From: an uncultured Arcobacter sp.
Lineage (GTDB): Bacteria > Campylobacterota > Campylobacteria > Campylobacterales > Arcobacteraceae
Assembly (NCBI GenBank): GCA_965140705.1
Contig: OZ223302.1
Span: forward strand, 544,001-608,000
Direction of reading: 5' to 3'
DNA length: 64,000 bases
Part shown: positions 9,058 to 19,278 of the stretch, one piece after another
Layout: each line of letters starts with the position of its first letter
Position numbering within the stretch: the stretch's first letter is position 1
Position numbers and translations under genes: made by a program
The notes under the pieces: generated by a model
The model's input: only the letters and a program-made list of their open reading frames with translations
Databases searched by the model: none
Told to the model about the DNA's origin: nothing

Positions 9058-11333
9058 TTAAAACTTTTATTATTTTGTTTGAATACACTATTTAATTTCT
9101 CAACCATAACTGATGAAAATACAACAGATGCTATTATAAAAATCCTTTGATTAGTTTCTATAATTTCTTCTGGTGATAATATTCTATATCCCATAAATTC
9201 TTTTTTTGAAGGTTTTGTTTCTATCAAATATTTTACTTTTATATTTCTTATCAACAATTCTGGTAAAAGATTTAAGAAAAATTCTCCAATTCCATAAATT
9301 GAAACTTCAGTAAGATTTATTTGATCAATTTTTTTTAATAGTTTATCTAATTTAACTTGATTGATATCTTGATCTCGATTATATTTATTTTTAATAAAAT
9401 CTGAATCAATTGAAGTAATTGTACCCTCTATCCAAGGAATTTGCTGCCAATATATATATTTATTTGTTTTGTATTTAGTATATACCTCATCAATACCAAT
9501 ACTATTTAAAAAATCTCTACTTTCTTTCGATATTAAAGTAATAGTTTCTAATGTATTTTCAACTGAATTAATATTTAATTTGCCCAAATATTTTACCTCA
9601 TAATTCGTAGGGAATTCAATTACTCTTACCATTAAATTTAATATATCGTCAGATTTAAATATATCTCCTTTTTGGTTATATTTAAAGGATAATTTAAAAT
9701 AATCATCTATTCCTTGATTAAATGCATTAATAATAGTTTCATCTCTAATATCTTTACATTTATCTAATATAGGGACAATAGTATTTTTAACTTTTTTATA
9801 TCCCAATGTAGTACTAAGCATACCGTTAAATAATATTTCAAAAATATCTGGAGACCTTCTTAATAACTCAATCTTATGTTTATTTTTTTCACTATATGAA
9901 ATATAAGTATATTGTTTTTGATTTAAACTATTCTCAAAACCTCTTTTAGTTCTATAAAAAAGTACATTTATAAAACTAGCATTCACTAATTGTGATATTT
10001 TCGTTTGCATTGAAGAGTTTGCACCAAAATCGAATAGAACAAACTTTTCTTTAAATTTTAATGAATACCAATATTTTAAAAATAATTTTAACTGTTCATC
10101 TTTATTTTTTAAAATTTTATCTTCGTTCTTTTTTAAATCATCAGTTATCAGATTAAATATTTTATCAGATTTTTTAATTTCTTCTATTAGCTTATCTTTT
10201 ATAATCACAATTTCGTTATTTTCAATTGTCAAACCAAGCTTATTATAAAAATCTTTTATTTTCCAATTTCTATATAAACTAAAGTTTAAATAATCCAAAT
10301 CATAATCTTCTTTACTTAAAGAAGGTAAGAAAAGTGCTTTTCTAGAAACATATATTTTTTTTAGGGAAAAATTATTTTCTATATTTTCTTTTTTTAAAAT
10401 AACATCAAAATACTTTCTAAATATATCTCCTTCTCTTAGCATAAAACCTAAATCATAACTGGTATTTTCTAAACAAACTCTTTTTAGCCAATGAGAAAAA
10501 GACCAAAAAACAGGACCAATAATTGTTGCACCAAAATTATAAAAGAATTTACTTTTTTCATCCTTATATGGATTATTCACCGCTACCAAATTTCTTAATG
10601 CTAATAAATTTTCAGGATATTCTAAATAATGTTCTTCATTTCTAACTTGCTCAGAATGAATATAATCATAATTATAATATATTGTTTTTATATTTTTGAC
10701 GTTGGCAGAGGAAATATCTGTCAATAAGTTATCACCTATATGAATTATTTCTTCAGGCTTAATACCTTTATCTTCAAATAAATAATTATACATGCTACCA
10801 GTTTGCTTTGTCTTTTTTAAGTCACTTGAGACAAAAATATCATCTACTTCATTTATTCTTTTTAACTTCTTTAAAATTATGTTAAAAATTTGTTCTTTTT
10901 TTAAATACATATCAGAAATAAAAATCACTTTTTTATTATTTTCTATTGCAAGATTAATCCAATGTTCTAACTCTTGATTTACAAATAAATATTTTTCTTC
11001 TGTTTTTAATTCTATTTTTATTAATTTTGCTTGTTCTTCTTTTGTAAGATATGTAAACTGATTATAAATATCATAAATTGATATTTCTTCATCTTTTGAT
11101 TCTTTTCTTGCAAACTTTTCAGCTGTAATTCTTAGTTGTTTAAAATTTGAAGCATTTTCAAACAACTTCTTTACAAACTTATTTAAATGCATTTTAAGAA
11201 ATATATCCGTTGGTTTATTTACTTTTCTAAAAACTAAAGTATCAAAAATATCAAATGAAATATATTTTATATCATTGTCAGTTAAATACTTTTTAAAGGT
11301 CAAAAAGGATTGAGTATTATCAAAAATAGCCAT
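9042..11333 (-). CDS. HAD-family hydrolase fusion, possible bifunctional ribofuranosyltransferase (phosphatase plus PRT-like domain)
   Basis: SFDIFDTLVFR, FISDMYL, HIGDN HAD motifs; downstream FMLREG, YVSR and FDFGANSSMQ segments. Confidence 0.7.
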   Translation of the reverse strand: MAIFDNTQSFLTFKKYLTDNDIKYISFDIFDTLVFRKVNKPTDIFLKMHLNKFVKKLFENASNFKQLRITAEKFARKESKDEEISIYDIYNQFTYLTKEEQAKLIKIELKTEEKYLFVNQELEHWINLAIENNKKVIFISDMYLKKEQIFNIILKKLKRINEVDDIFVSSDLKKTKQTGSMYNYLFEDKGIKPEEIIHIGDNLLTDISSANVKNIKTIYYNYDYIHSEQVRNEEHYLEYPENLLALRNLVAVNNPYKDEKSKFFYNFGATIIGPVFWSFSHWLKRVCLENTSYDLGFMLREGDIFRKYFDVILKKENIENNFSLKKIYVSRKALFLPSLSKEDYDLDYLNFSLYRNWKIKDFYNKLGLTIENNEIVIIKDKLIEEIKKSDKIFNLITDDLKKNEDKILKNKDEQLKLFLKYWYSLKFKEKFVLFDFGANSSMQTKISQLVNASFINVLFYRTKRGFENSLNQKQYTYISYSEKNKHKIELLRRSPDIFEILFNGMLSTTLGYKKVKNTIVPILDKCKDIRDETIINAFNQGIDDYFKLSFKYNQKGDIFKSDDILNLMVRVIEFPTNYEVKYLGKLNINSVENTLETITLISKESRDFLNSIGIDEVYTKYKTNKYIYWQQIPWIEGTITSIDSDFIKNKYNRDQDINQVKLDKLLKKIDQINLTEVSIYGIGEFFLNLLPELLIRNIKVKYLIETKPSKKEFMGYRILSPEEIIETNQRIFIIASVVFSSVMVEKLNSVFKQNNKSFKVVQN

Positions 11334-11451
11334 ATGTTAAAATTCCAAATTTTATTAATTAGTATTGATAATATCATTATATTTCTTTATTTTAAATATA
11401 CTTTGATATACTCATATTTTAACTTTTATTAATTAAAATAAAGAAATCACT

Positions 11452-12753
11452 ATGAATAAAGAAAATCCGAGAATCTCAATTTTAGTCCCAATATTTAATG
11501 TTGAAAAATATTTAAATGAATGTTTAAACTCAATTATAAATCAAACATTAAAAAATATAGAAATCATCTGTATAAATGATGGCTCAACTGATAATTCACT
11601 AAATATCATTAAATCATTTATGAAAAAAGACCCCAGAATAAACCTTATAAATAAATCTAATAGTGGCTATGGTGATTCAATGAATCTAGGATTAAAACTT
11701 GCTACTGGAGAATATATTGGTATTGTTGAGTCAGATGATATAGCAAAAAAGAATATGTTTGAATCTTTATATAAGCAAGCAACAAAGTATAATTTTCCAG
11801 ATATTATCAAATCAAATTATTATGAATATTGGGCAAAAAACAATGGAAAAAAAATTAAACTTAATCTTCCAAAAAACTCCTATAAAAAAGTATTTTTACC
11901 TAAAGAGAATCAAGAAATATTTAAATCATTACCAAGTATATGGGCTGCCATATATAAAAAAGATTTCATAATCAATAATAGCATATATTTTAATCCAACA
12001 CCTGGTGCTTCATATCAAGATACAGGATTTAACTTTAAAATTTTAACTCTTGCAAAAACAATGGTATGTGTAAAAAAAGCATATTTAATATATAGAAGAG
12101 ATAATGAATCATCTTCTGTAAATAACCGAGAAAAAGTTTTTTGTATATGTGATGAATTTCAATTGATTGAAACATTTTTAAAAACTAATCCATATTTACA
12201 AAAGAGTCTTAAACCAATTGAAACTAGTATAAAATTTTCAACATATCTAAGAAATTATCATAGAATAAGTATAGATTATAAAAAAGAGTTTCTTAAATTT
12301 GTAAAAAATGAATTAAAAAAAGAGAAAGAAGAAGGTTGGATAAAAAAGGAAAAATTTACTTCTTCAGAATGGACTCTTTTGAAAGCTTTATTAGATGATA
12401 ATTTTGAAGAAGTATTAAAAAAACAACATAAAAAATACTTAGACTTTTATATAAAAAAATTAAACCTTAAACTTAAAACTATCAATACAAAAAAACATAT
12501 TATACTTTATGGATTTAATGATTTAGCAAAAGAACTTTACAAAACTGTGATAAATAAATTTGATAATATTGAAATTATAGATAAAAATAAAGCAGGGAAC
12601 TCATATAAAAATACTCAAATAAAAAGTATAGAAGAAACTCTACTAAGTCAAGATAAGATTATAGTTATTTGTACAATAAATGAAATCTTTATAAAAGAGA
12701 TAAAAAAAACAATTTTAAATATGAATAAGGATATTCAAATAATATCCTTATAA
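11452..12753 (+). CDS. Glycosyltransferase family 2 with C-terminal Rossmann-like domain
   Basis: VPIFNVEKYL, INDGSTD, VESDD, TPGASYQD. Confidence 0.9.
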   Translation: MNKENPRISILVPIFNVEKYLNECLNSIINQTLKNIEIICINDGSTDNSLNIIKSFMKKDPRINLINKSNSGYGDSMNLGLKLATGEYIGIVESDDIAKKNMFESLYKQATKYNFPDIIKSNYYEYWAKNNGKKIKLNLPKNSYKKVFLPKENQEIFKSLPSIWAAIYKKDFIINNSIYFNPTPGASYQDTGFNFKILTLAKTMVCVKKAYLIYRRDNESSSVNNREKVFCICDEFQLIETFLKTNPYLQKSLKPIETSIKFSTYLRNYHRISIDYKKEFLKFVKNELKKEKEEGWIKKEKFTSSEWTLLKALLDDNFEEVLKKQHKKYLDFYIKKLNLKLKTINTKKHIILYGFNDLAKELYKTVINKFDNIEIIDKNKAGNSYKNTQIKSIEETLLSQDKIIVICTINEIFIKEIKKTILNMNKDIQIISL

Positions 12754-12757
12754 AATA

Positions 12758-13813
12758 TTATAATTCAAATGTTGATTTTATAGAAAAAATATCTTCAAAA
12801 GAGTCATTTATAATCTTTTTAGAAAAATCAAAATCCTCTTGACTCATATCTTCTTTTGTATATCTTCCTTTAGATGTAGCATCATTAAGACAATACATAT
12901 CATAATTACCTGAAAGAATATCCCTAGATGCAATAACACAATCTTCTTTTGTTCTTAATTCAATATGCTTTCTTTTTTTTACAAAACTTGATACTTTTGC
13001 AGGATAAAATTTTCCACTAACTAGTTGCCAATATCTAAATAAATATTGGTTTATATCTTCATTATCTCTAAACTTAGATTCTGAAGTTTTTTCTAGATTT
13101 TCTTTTTCCTTTAACCATACTTCTTCAAATGTTGACTTTAAATATGAATGTGGATGGTGATAATCTTTAAACCCTGTAAATGTTTTCCAATATAATAAAA
13201 GAAGTGAAGGGAAAGAAGAAAAACCATAATTTGGATGGAACCACTTTAAAAGGTTTTTCTTTATAATCCCCCTTTTTGTAAGCTTTTTTCCTACATGTCT
13301 ATTGAAATTTTTATTTATTAAATCAATATCATTCATAACAATATGCTGTATTAATCCTTCATGCATAATACTTGAAATTGCCATATCAACTGGCAAATCA
13401 TTTTTAAAGAAATCTTCTTTTTTCATAGGCTTTAAAATAAATGTATCATCATTAAAATACACAAACTTTTCACTCATACCTTTTATTCTATGAAAATTTA
13501 TTTCAATTGGATGGGAACTAAAGGTGGGTAAATATTTTTTATCCATATAATCTTCATGTTTAACTATGACTAATTTAGGATGATTTGTATTTAACCACTT
13601 TGGGAAATGTCCCCAAGTAACAAAATAAATTTTATTTACCCACGGAGTAAATTGTTCAAAAGCTCTAAAAATATATTGTAAGTTATCCCAGTCTTTATAC
13701 CTATCTTTAGTATTCAAAATTTTATTTGTAGGAGCATATTTATTAAACTCATCTAACCATTTTGGATCATTTCCATCAACCCATGGTATTACAAAATCTA
13801 TTTTATCAACCAC
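12758..13813 (-). CDS. Stealth-family hexose-1-phosphate transferase (capsule phosphotransferase)
   Basis: IDFVIPWVDGND (CR1), LPTFSSHPIE..FVYFNDD (CR2), FR..ED (CR3), CLND (CR4). Confidence 0.9.
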   Translation of the reverse strand: MVDKIDFVIPWVDGNDPKWLDEFNKYAPTNKILNTKDRYKDWDNLQYIFRAFEQFTPWVNKIYFVTWGHFPKWLNTNHPKLVIVKHEDYMDKKYLPTFSSHPIEINFHRIKGMSEKFVYFNDDTFILKPMKKEDFFKNDLPVDMAISSIMHEGLIQHIVMNDIDLINKNFNRHVGKKLTKRGIIKKNLLKWFHPNYGFSSFPSLLLLYWKTFTGFKDYHHPHSYLKSTFEEVWLKEKENLEKTSESKFRDNEDINQYLFRYWQLVSGKFYPAKVSSFVKKRKHIELRTKEDCVIASRDILSGNYDMYCLNDATSKGRYTKEDMSQEDFDFSKKIINDSFEDIFSIKSTFEL

Positions 13814-14950
13814 TTAAAGTCCTTGAAACACTTCTAATGAATGTTCAACAATATCATCCATATCATAATATTTATATTCCGCAAGTCTTCCTACTAAAAC
13901 TAAATTCTCAAACTTTTTTGAGTATTCTAAATATTTATTATAATTTATTTGGTTTTTTTCTGTAAAAATTGGATAATAAGGAGTGTTCTCACCTATTTTA
14001 TACTCTTGCGGATACTCTTTTAAAATAGTTGTTTTATCACTTTTAGTAGGATGTATATGCTTAAACTCTGTTATTCTTGTGAAGTTATAATCATTTGGAT
14101 AGTTTACTGTTGCTTTTTCTTGATAAAACTCTTTTTCAACTGTTTCAAACTTCATATCAACACTTCTATATGGTAGTTCTCCGAATTTATAATCAAATAG
14201 TTCATCTATTTGCCCTGTATAGATAACCTTACCATCGAATTTTGTATCAAATAAATAAAAGTCTTTTTCTCTTAAACTACATACTTCTTTAAAATCTGTA
14301 TTTGTCATGATTTTTATATTTTTATGACTTAACATATTTTCTATCATCTTTGTATAACCATTAGAAGGAAGCATTTGATAGCTATCATTAAAATATCTAT
14401 TATCACGTCCTATAAACACAGGGACTCTAGCAGTAACTGCTGAGTCCATATCTTCTGGTTTCATACCCCACTGTTTAGCTGTATAATTCACAAAAATCTT
14501 ATCATAAATATAATCAGCTAAAAATGCCAAATCTTTATCCTCTGATTTTTTAAGTTCTAAAATTGGTATTTTTGAATTATATTCATAGTTTTGTAAAAGT
14601 TTATCTGCTAATGTTTTTGCCTTTGACTTGGGGAAAACTTCATTCAAGGTATTAAAGTTAAAAGGAATAGAGACTTTCTTACCATCTATATAAGCTAATA
14701 CTTCATGATTATATATATCCCAAGAGGTAAATTGAGATAGATAATCAACTACTTCTTTATTGTTTGTATGAAAAAGATGTGGACCATATTTGTGGATTAA
14801 AATATTGTTTTCATCTTTATAATCAAAACAATTTCCACCTATGTGATTTCGTTTTTCTATTATCAATACTTTCTTATCAAGTTTATTTGCAATTCTCTCA
14901 GCTAATATGCATCCAGCTAATCCAGCACCTACAATTATATAATCAATCAT
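13814..14950 (-). CDS. glf: UDP-galactopyranose mutase
   Basis: GAGLAG FAD motif, HKYGPHLFH, LPYRS, TRITEFKH, GRLAEYKYYDMD. Confidence 0.97.
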   Translation of the reverse strand: MIDYIIVGAGLAGCILAERIANKLDKKVLIIEKRNHIGGNCFDYKDENNILIHKYGPHLFHTNNKEVVDYLSQFTSWDIYNHEVLAYIDGKKVSIPFNFNTLNEVFPKSKAKTLADKLLQNYEYNSKIPILELKKSEDKDLAFLADYIYDKIFVNYTAKQWGMKPEDMDSAVTARVPVFIGRDNRYFNDSYQMLPSNGYTKMIENMLSHKNIKIMTNTDFKEVCSLREKDFYLFDTKFDGKVIYTGQIDELFDYKFGELPYRSVDMKFETVEKEFYQEKATVNYPNDYNFTRITEFKHIHPTKSDKTTILKEYPQEYKIGENTPYYPIFTEKNQINYNKYLEYSKKFENLVLVGRLAEYKYYDMDDIVEHSLEVFQGL

Positions 14951-15916
14951 CTATTTACCTTTTAAAATCTTTGTTGGTTTTTCATTATCAAAATGACCTC
15001 TGATTCCATCAAAAAAAGAGTTTGAAGCAAAAACCACTCGTACCCATTTTTTATCATCATAAAAAATAATATCTTTTATTAAATCAAAGTATAATTTTAT
15101 AGCTAAAAAATATCGCTTATAGCCTTTACCATATTTTAAAGCTATAAAAATAGAATTCCTAAGCCCAAAATACTTAAGCCAAAGTCTTTCAAACTTTATT
15201 CTATTTTTTTTGAATCCTAAAAATTGTCGCTCACATTTCTCTTCTTGACGTTTTTCTTTGTGATAAATTCTACTATCATTTATCATTAGTATTTTACCAA
15301 GAGTAGCAAGTCTTAGACTATATTCTGTGTCATCATGATGTATAAAAAACCTCTCTTCCGGAAGCCCTACTTTTTTTACAGAAGATATAGGAATAAGTAT
15401 TCCAACAAAAGAAGCCATTTCTATTTCACTTTTTTCTTTTTCATACTCTTTTAAATCAATTGCTTTTTGAAAAGCTGGTAAACAATTTTCATAATCAAAA
15501 ATACCCCTATGACCAAAGGCTGAGATAATATTGTTTTCTTTTGTCCCAATCAGAGTTTTGGGAGCATAGGCACTGTATTTCGTATCATCTAGATTATTTA
15601 TCAATAGTTCTAAAGCATTTAATTCAGGCTCTGCATCATCATCCATTAGCCATACATAATCATAATCATTTTCTTGTGCATACTTTACACCAAAGTAAAA
15701 TCCACCTGCTCCACCTGTGTTTTTTTCTAATCTTTTATAAATAATCTCTTTATTATCTAAATATCCATCTTCAACTATTTTTTTCTCTGTCCCATCTATT
15801 GAAGCATTATCTACTAGCAAAATATCATTTTTAAAAGTTTGATTTAAAAGGGAATCTAAACACTCTTTTAAAAGTTCATATCTATTATAAGTAACTACAA
15901 CTGTGCAGATTTTCAC
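14951..15916 (-). CDS. GT2, probable galactofuranosyltransferase
   Basis: VVVTYNR, NTGGAGGF, WLMDDD, GLP..FFIHHDDTEY; adjacent to glf. Confidence 0.8.
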   Translation of the reverse strand: MKICTVVVTYNRYELLKECLDSLLNQTFKNDILLVDNASIDGTEKKIVEDGYLDNKEIIYKRLEKNTGGAGGFYFGVKYAQENDYDYVWLMDDDAEPELNALELLINNLDDTKYSAYAPKTLIGTKENNIISAFGHRGIFDYENCLPAFQKAIDLKEYEKEKSEIEMASFVGILIPISSVKKVGLPEERFFIHHDDTEYSLRLATLGKILMINDSRIYHKEKRQEEKCERQFLGFKKNRIKFERLWLKYFGLRNSIFIALKYGKGYKRYFLAIKLYFDLIKDIIFYDDKKWVRVVFASNSFFDGIRGHFDNEKPTKILKGK

Positions 15917-17259
15917 TATTGCTCTTTTCTTCTTATTTTTTTAAATCTATCAGAAAAGTTAGTTCTCTCCACAAGATTTACTTTTGTAGGTATTTTATAG
16001 TTATCTAACTTTTCTTTACAAAAAGATCTAACCAATTTCTTTAACTCTTTTTTGTCAAGTTCTTTTGAACAAACTACATCACAAACTACTGTTTGTCCTG
16101 TAATTGCATTTTGTTCGCTATAAACCATACAATCTTCTATCTCATCCATAGATAAAACAACAGATTCAACCTCAGCAGGTAGAACTTTTTCTCCACCTAC
16201 ATTGATTACCTCTTTTCCTCGACCTATAATTTTTAGATATCCATCTTCTATCTCTTCAACTAAATCTCCAGTTTTAAACCAACCATCGCTTGTAAAAGAG
16301 TCCATGTTAGCATTTAAGTATCCTAAAACTTGAGTTTTACTTCTAAGCCAAAGCTCTCCTTCTACTATTTTATACTCTTGATTTTCATCTTCTATTTTCA
16401 TATACAAAGAATCAGATGATTTAGAACTTGTAGTACTTATTCCTGTCTCACTTGTACCAAAAGTTTGTAGAAATTTTACCCTTGGAAATATCTCTTTTAG
16501 TTTTATCAAAAGTGATTCTGGCATTGCTTCAGTTCCATAAGTTATCATTCGAAGAGTTCGCAAGTTATAATTTAAATACTCACCTGAGATTAGAATAAGA
16601 TTTAAAAATGTAGGACTAGAAGGTAATACCATGATTTTATAATCTTGAATAAGCTCACAAATTGTCTTAGCATCTCTATTTTTAGGAATAATTAGACAAG
16701 CACCCATTGAAAGAGCATTGAAAAGTGTATTTAATCCACCTATATGGTCAAACATAAGGAAAACCAGCATATTCATAGCTTTTGCTCTTTTGTCTTTATA
16801 TGTGCTTATTAAGTTGTCTAGATTGTGTATCATAGCTTTTGGTTTACCAGTACTTCCACTTGAAAAAAGTACTAGTCCAGAGTTTTTATTATCTTTTAGA
16901 TTCTTTATCATATCATGGGAACTATTTACAGGTAATCTATCTATTTTTATTTCGCCATCAATTTTTATACTATATTCACAAAATGATTCTTGCATATACT
17001 CATTTTGAAGTTTTTCTAAAGGTGTAGTTATGGGTACTATTATATTTTTATTATCATATAAAGCAAAAAACAAAGCTATGTTTTCAAAGGAATAATCTCC
17101 TAAAATAGATACAACAGATGAATTTGGAATTTTATCTTTTAAAATTGCTTGATATTCATAAATTTTATTTAATAAATCTTCATAAGAGTAGCTTTTATCT
17201 TCAACTACTATGGCATTTAACTCTTTAAATGTAGAAAATTTATCAAATAAATAATTCAT
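15916..17259 (-). CDS. ANL-family adenylate-forming enzyme (acyl-CoA/ACP ligase)
   Basis: FSSGSTGKPK, FGTSET, WFKTGD, INVGGEKV. Confidence 0.9.
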   Translation of the reverse strand: MNYLFDKFSTFKELNAIVVEDKSYSYEDLLNKIYEYQAILKDKIPNSSVVSILGDYSFENIALFFALYDNKNIIVPITTPLEKLQNEYMQESFCEYSIKIDGEIKIDRLPVNSSHDMIKNLKDNKNSGLVLFSSGSTGKPKAMIHNLDNLISTYKDKRAKAMNMLVFLMFDHIGGLNTLFNALSMGACLIIPKNRDAKTICELIQDYKIMVLPSSPTFLNLILISGEYLNYNLRTLRMITYGTEAMPESLLIKLKEIFPRVKFLQTFGTSETGISTTSSKSSDSLYMKIEDENQEYKIVEGELWLRSKTQVLGYLNANMDSFTSDGWFKTGDLVEEIEDGYLKIIGRGKEVINVGGEKVLPAEVESVVLSMDEIEDCMVYSEQNAITGQTVVCDVVCSKELDKKELKKLVRSFCKEKLDNYKIPTKVNLVERTNFSDRFKKIRRKEQ

Positions 17260-17960
17260 TAGTTAGAAACCCCACCAAGATATATTATTTGTCCCGTTAC
17301 AAAATCACTTTTTCTACTTATAAAAAAATCAATCACATTTTTTATATCATCAAATTGCCCAAATCTTTTTATGGTTTGTTTTGCCAAAAGTTCATCTATT
17401 TTATCTTTGGGAACTGCTTTTATTAGGTCTGTTTGAACAGGCGTTGGTCCTATGGCATTTACTGTTATATTAAAAGGTGCTAACTCTTTTGCAGAAGTTT
17501 GTGTGAAGTTTTCTATTGCTGCTTTGCTTGCAGCATATATTGCTTCCCCTTCAAGTCTAAGAGCACTTGCAACTGTTGTATAGTTTACTACTCTTCCATA
17601 CTTTTGTTTCATCATCACCTTTGATACTTCTCTTGTAAAAATAAATGTTCCTAAAAAATTTGTAGCAAATATTTTTTCTACACTTGATACAGATGTTGTA
17701 AGGATATGATTCATAGATGCCATTCCAGCATTATTTAATAAAATATCGATTTTACCAAACTCTTTTTTTACTTCTCGAATCATTTTAATAACTGCTTTTT
17801 CATCATTTACTTCTAAAGAAAAGTGTCTATAGTTATCATTCTTTATAGAACTCTCACCCCTTGAACAACCTATTACTATCTCACCATTTTCTAAATAGTA
17901 GTTTGCTAAAGCTTGCCCTATTCCTTTTGAGGTTCCAGTTATAAGTATAATTTGACTCAT
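17259..17960 (-). CDS. SDR oxidoreductase (FabG-like)
   Basis: TGTSKGIG, NNAG, YAASK. Confidence 0.9.
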   Translation of the reverse strand: MSQIILITGTSKGIGQALANYYLENGEIVIGCSRGESSIKNDNYRHFSLEVNDEKAVIKMIREVKKEFGKIDILLNNAGMASMNHILTTSVSSVEKIFATNFLGTFIFTREVSKVMMKQKYGRVVNYTTVASALRLEGEAIYAASKAAIENFTQTSAKELAPFNITVNAIGPTPVQTDLIKAVPKDKIDELLAKQTIKRFGQFDDIKNVIDFFISRKSDFVTGQIIYLGGVSN

Positions 17961-18247
17961 TACTCTTCCAAAAGTGATTTAATATAAATTGTTAGACTCT
18001 CAACACTTCTAAAAGGAGAAGTTTTAGCACTCATAGCCTTTTCATCTGCTAAAACAATATCTTTATCAAACTCATCACTAATTCTCTCTTCTAAATCAGT
18101 TATAAATGATACTAAAGCTAGTGAATCCATGCCATTTGTTCCATAAAGCTTTGTTTTGCTTGTAGGATTTTCAAAGTTTTCATTCTCTAACTCTTCATTT
18201 AGCTCAACTAAAGTTTCACATATTATATTTTCTATTTTCTCTACCAT
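17960..18247 (-). CDS. Acyl carrier protein
   Basis: Acidic 95-aa protein with GMDSLAL phosphopantetheine site. Confidence 0.85.
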   Translation of the reverse strand: MVEKIENIICETLVELNEELENENFENPTSKTKLYGTNGMDSLALVSFITDLEERISDEFDKDIVLADEKAMSAKTSPFRSVESLTIYIKSLLEE

Positions 18248-18255
18248 CTTTTCTC

Positions 18256-19278
18256 CTACTCTACTCTATCGCCCAAAGTATAATCTTTTGTAGCCTTTGT
18301 TCCTATTATATCTTTTTTATATTTAGGATGTTTACCATATCCTGGTCTTACACTTTTTATATTTTCTTGTGAAAAAAGTTCACCCTTCTTTATATCTTTA
18401 CATACATATAAACTTCTACAAAATCTTCTTTGAGCTTCTCTTTTTTCATCAAGGCTATAATCAACTCTTCCTAGTAGTTTTTCAGTATCTCTTATATCTT
18501 TTACCATTTTGGTAAATTCAAGCTTATTCATTGAAAACTCACTATCAGGTCCCCCAATAGACTTGTCCAAGATAAAATGTTTTTCTATAACTCTAGCTCC
18601 TAAAGTTACAGCAGCTATAGGAGCAGTACTTCCAATAGTATGATCTGAAAATCCACTTATTACTCCAAAGGTTTCAGCCATATCTGGTATCATTTTTAAG
18701 TTTGCTAACTCCATTGGTGCGGGATAAGCACTTGTACATTTTAGAAGTATGATATTTTTATTTCCAACACTTTTACAAATATTTACCACATCTCCTATCT
18801 CTTCATATGTAGCTATTCCAGCACTTATAATTATGGGTTTCATTTTAGAAGCTACATACTCTACAAGTTCATAATCAGTGATTTCAAAAGAGGCTATTTT
18901 GTAAGCACTTGGATTAAACTGCTCTAAAAAATCAACTGAACTTTTATCAAAAGGAGTTGAGAAAATATCAATATCAAGACTTCTTGCATAAGAAAAAAGT
19001 TCTTCATGCCACTCCCAAGGAGTGAAAGCTTCTTCATAAAGTTCATAAAGGCTCTTTCCATCCCACAACGTTCCACCATCTATCATAAAATCATCTTTTT
19101 TGCAATCTAAAGTTATGGTATCAGCTCTATAGGTTTGGATTTTAATAGCATCAGATCCAGCTTCTTTTGCAGCTTTTATAGTATCAAAAGCTGTTTGTAA
19201 AGAGCCATTATGATTTGCACTAAGCTCTGCTACTATGTATGTTTTATCTCTAGTAAAATCAAACTTCCCTATTTTCAA
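18256..19278 (-). CDS. pseI: Pseudaminic acid synthase
   Basis: AELSANHNG, KIASFEITD, LKCTSAYP, SDHT, EKHF, C-terminal SAF domain; pse context. Confidence 0.95.
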   Translation of the reverse strand: MKIGKFDFTRDKTYIVAELSANHNGSLQTAFDTIKAAKEAGSDAIKIQTYRADTITLDCKKDDFMIDGGTLWDGKSLYELYEEAFTPWEWHEELFSYARSLDIDIFSTPFDKSSVDFLEQFNPSAYKIASFEITDYELVEYVASKMKPIIISAGIATYEEIGDVVNICKSVGNKNIILLKCTSAYPAPMELANLKMIPDMAETFGVISGFSDHTIGSTAPIAAVTLGARVIEKHFILDKSIGGPDSEFSMNKLEFTKMVKDIRDTEKLLGRVDYSLDEKREAQRRFCRSLYVCKDIKKGELFSQENIKSVRPGYGKHPKYKKDIIGTKATKDYTLGDRVE

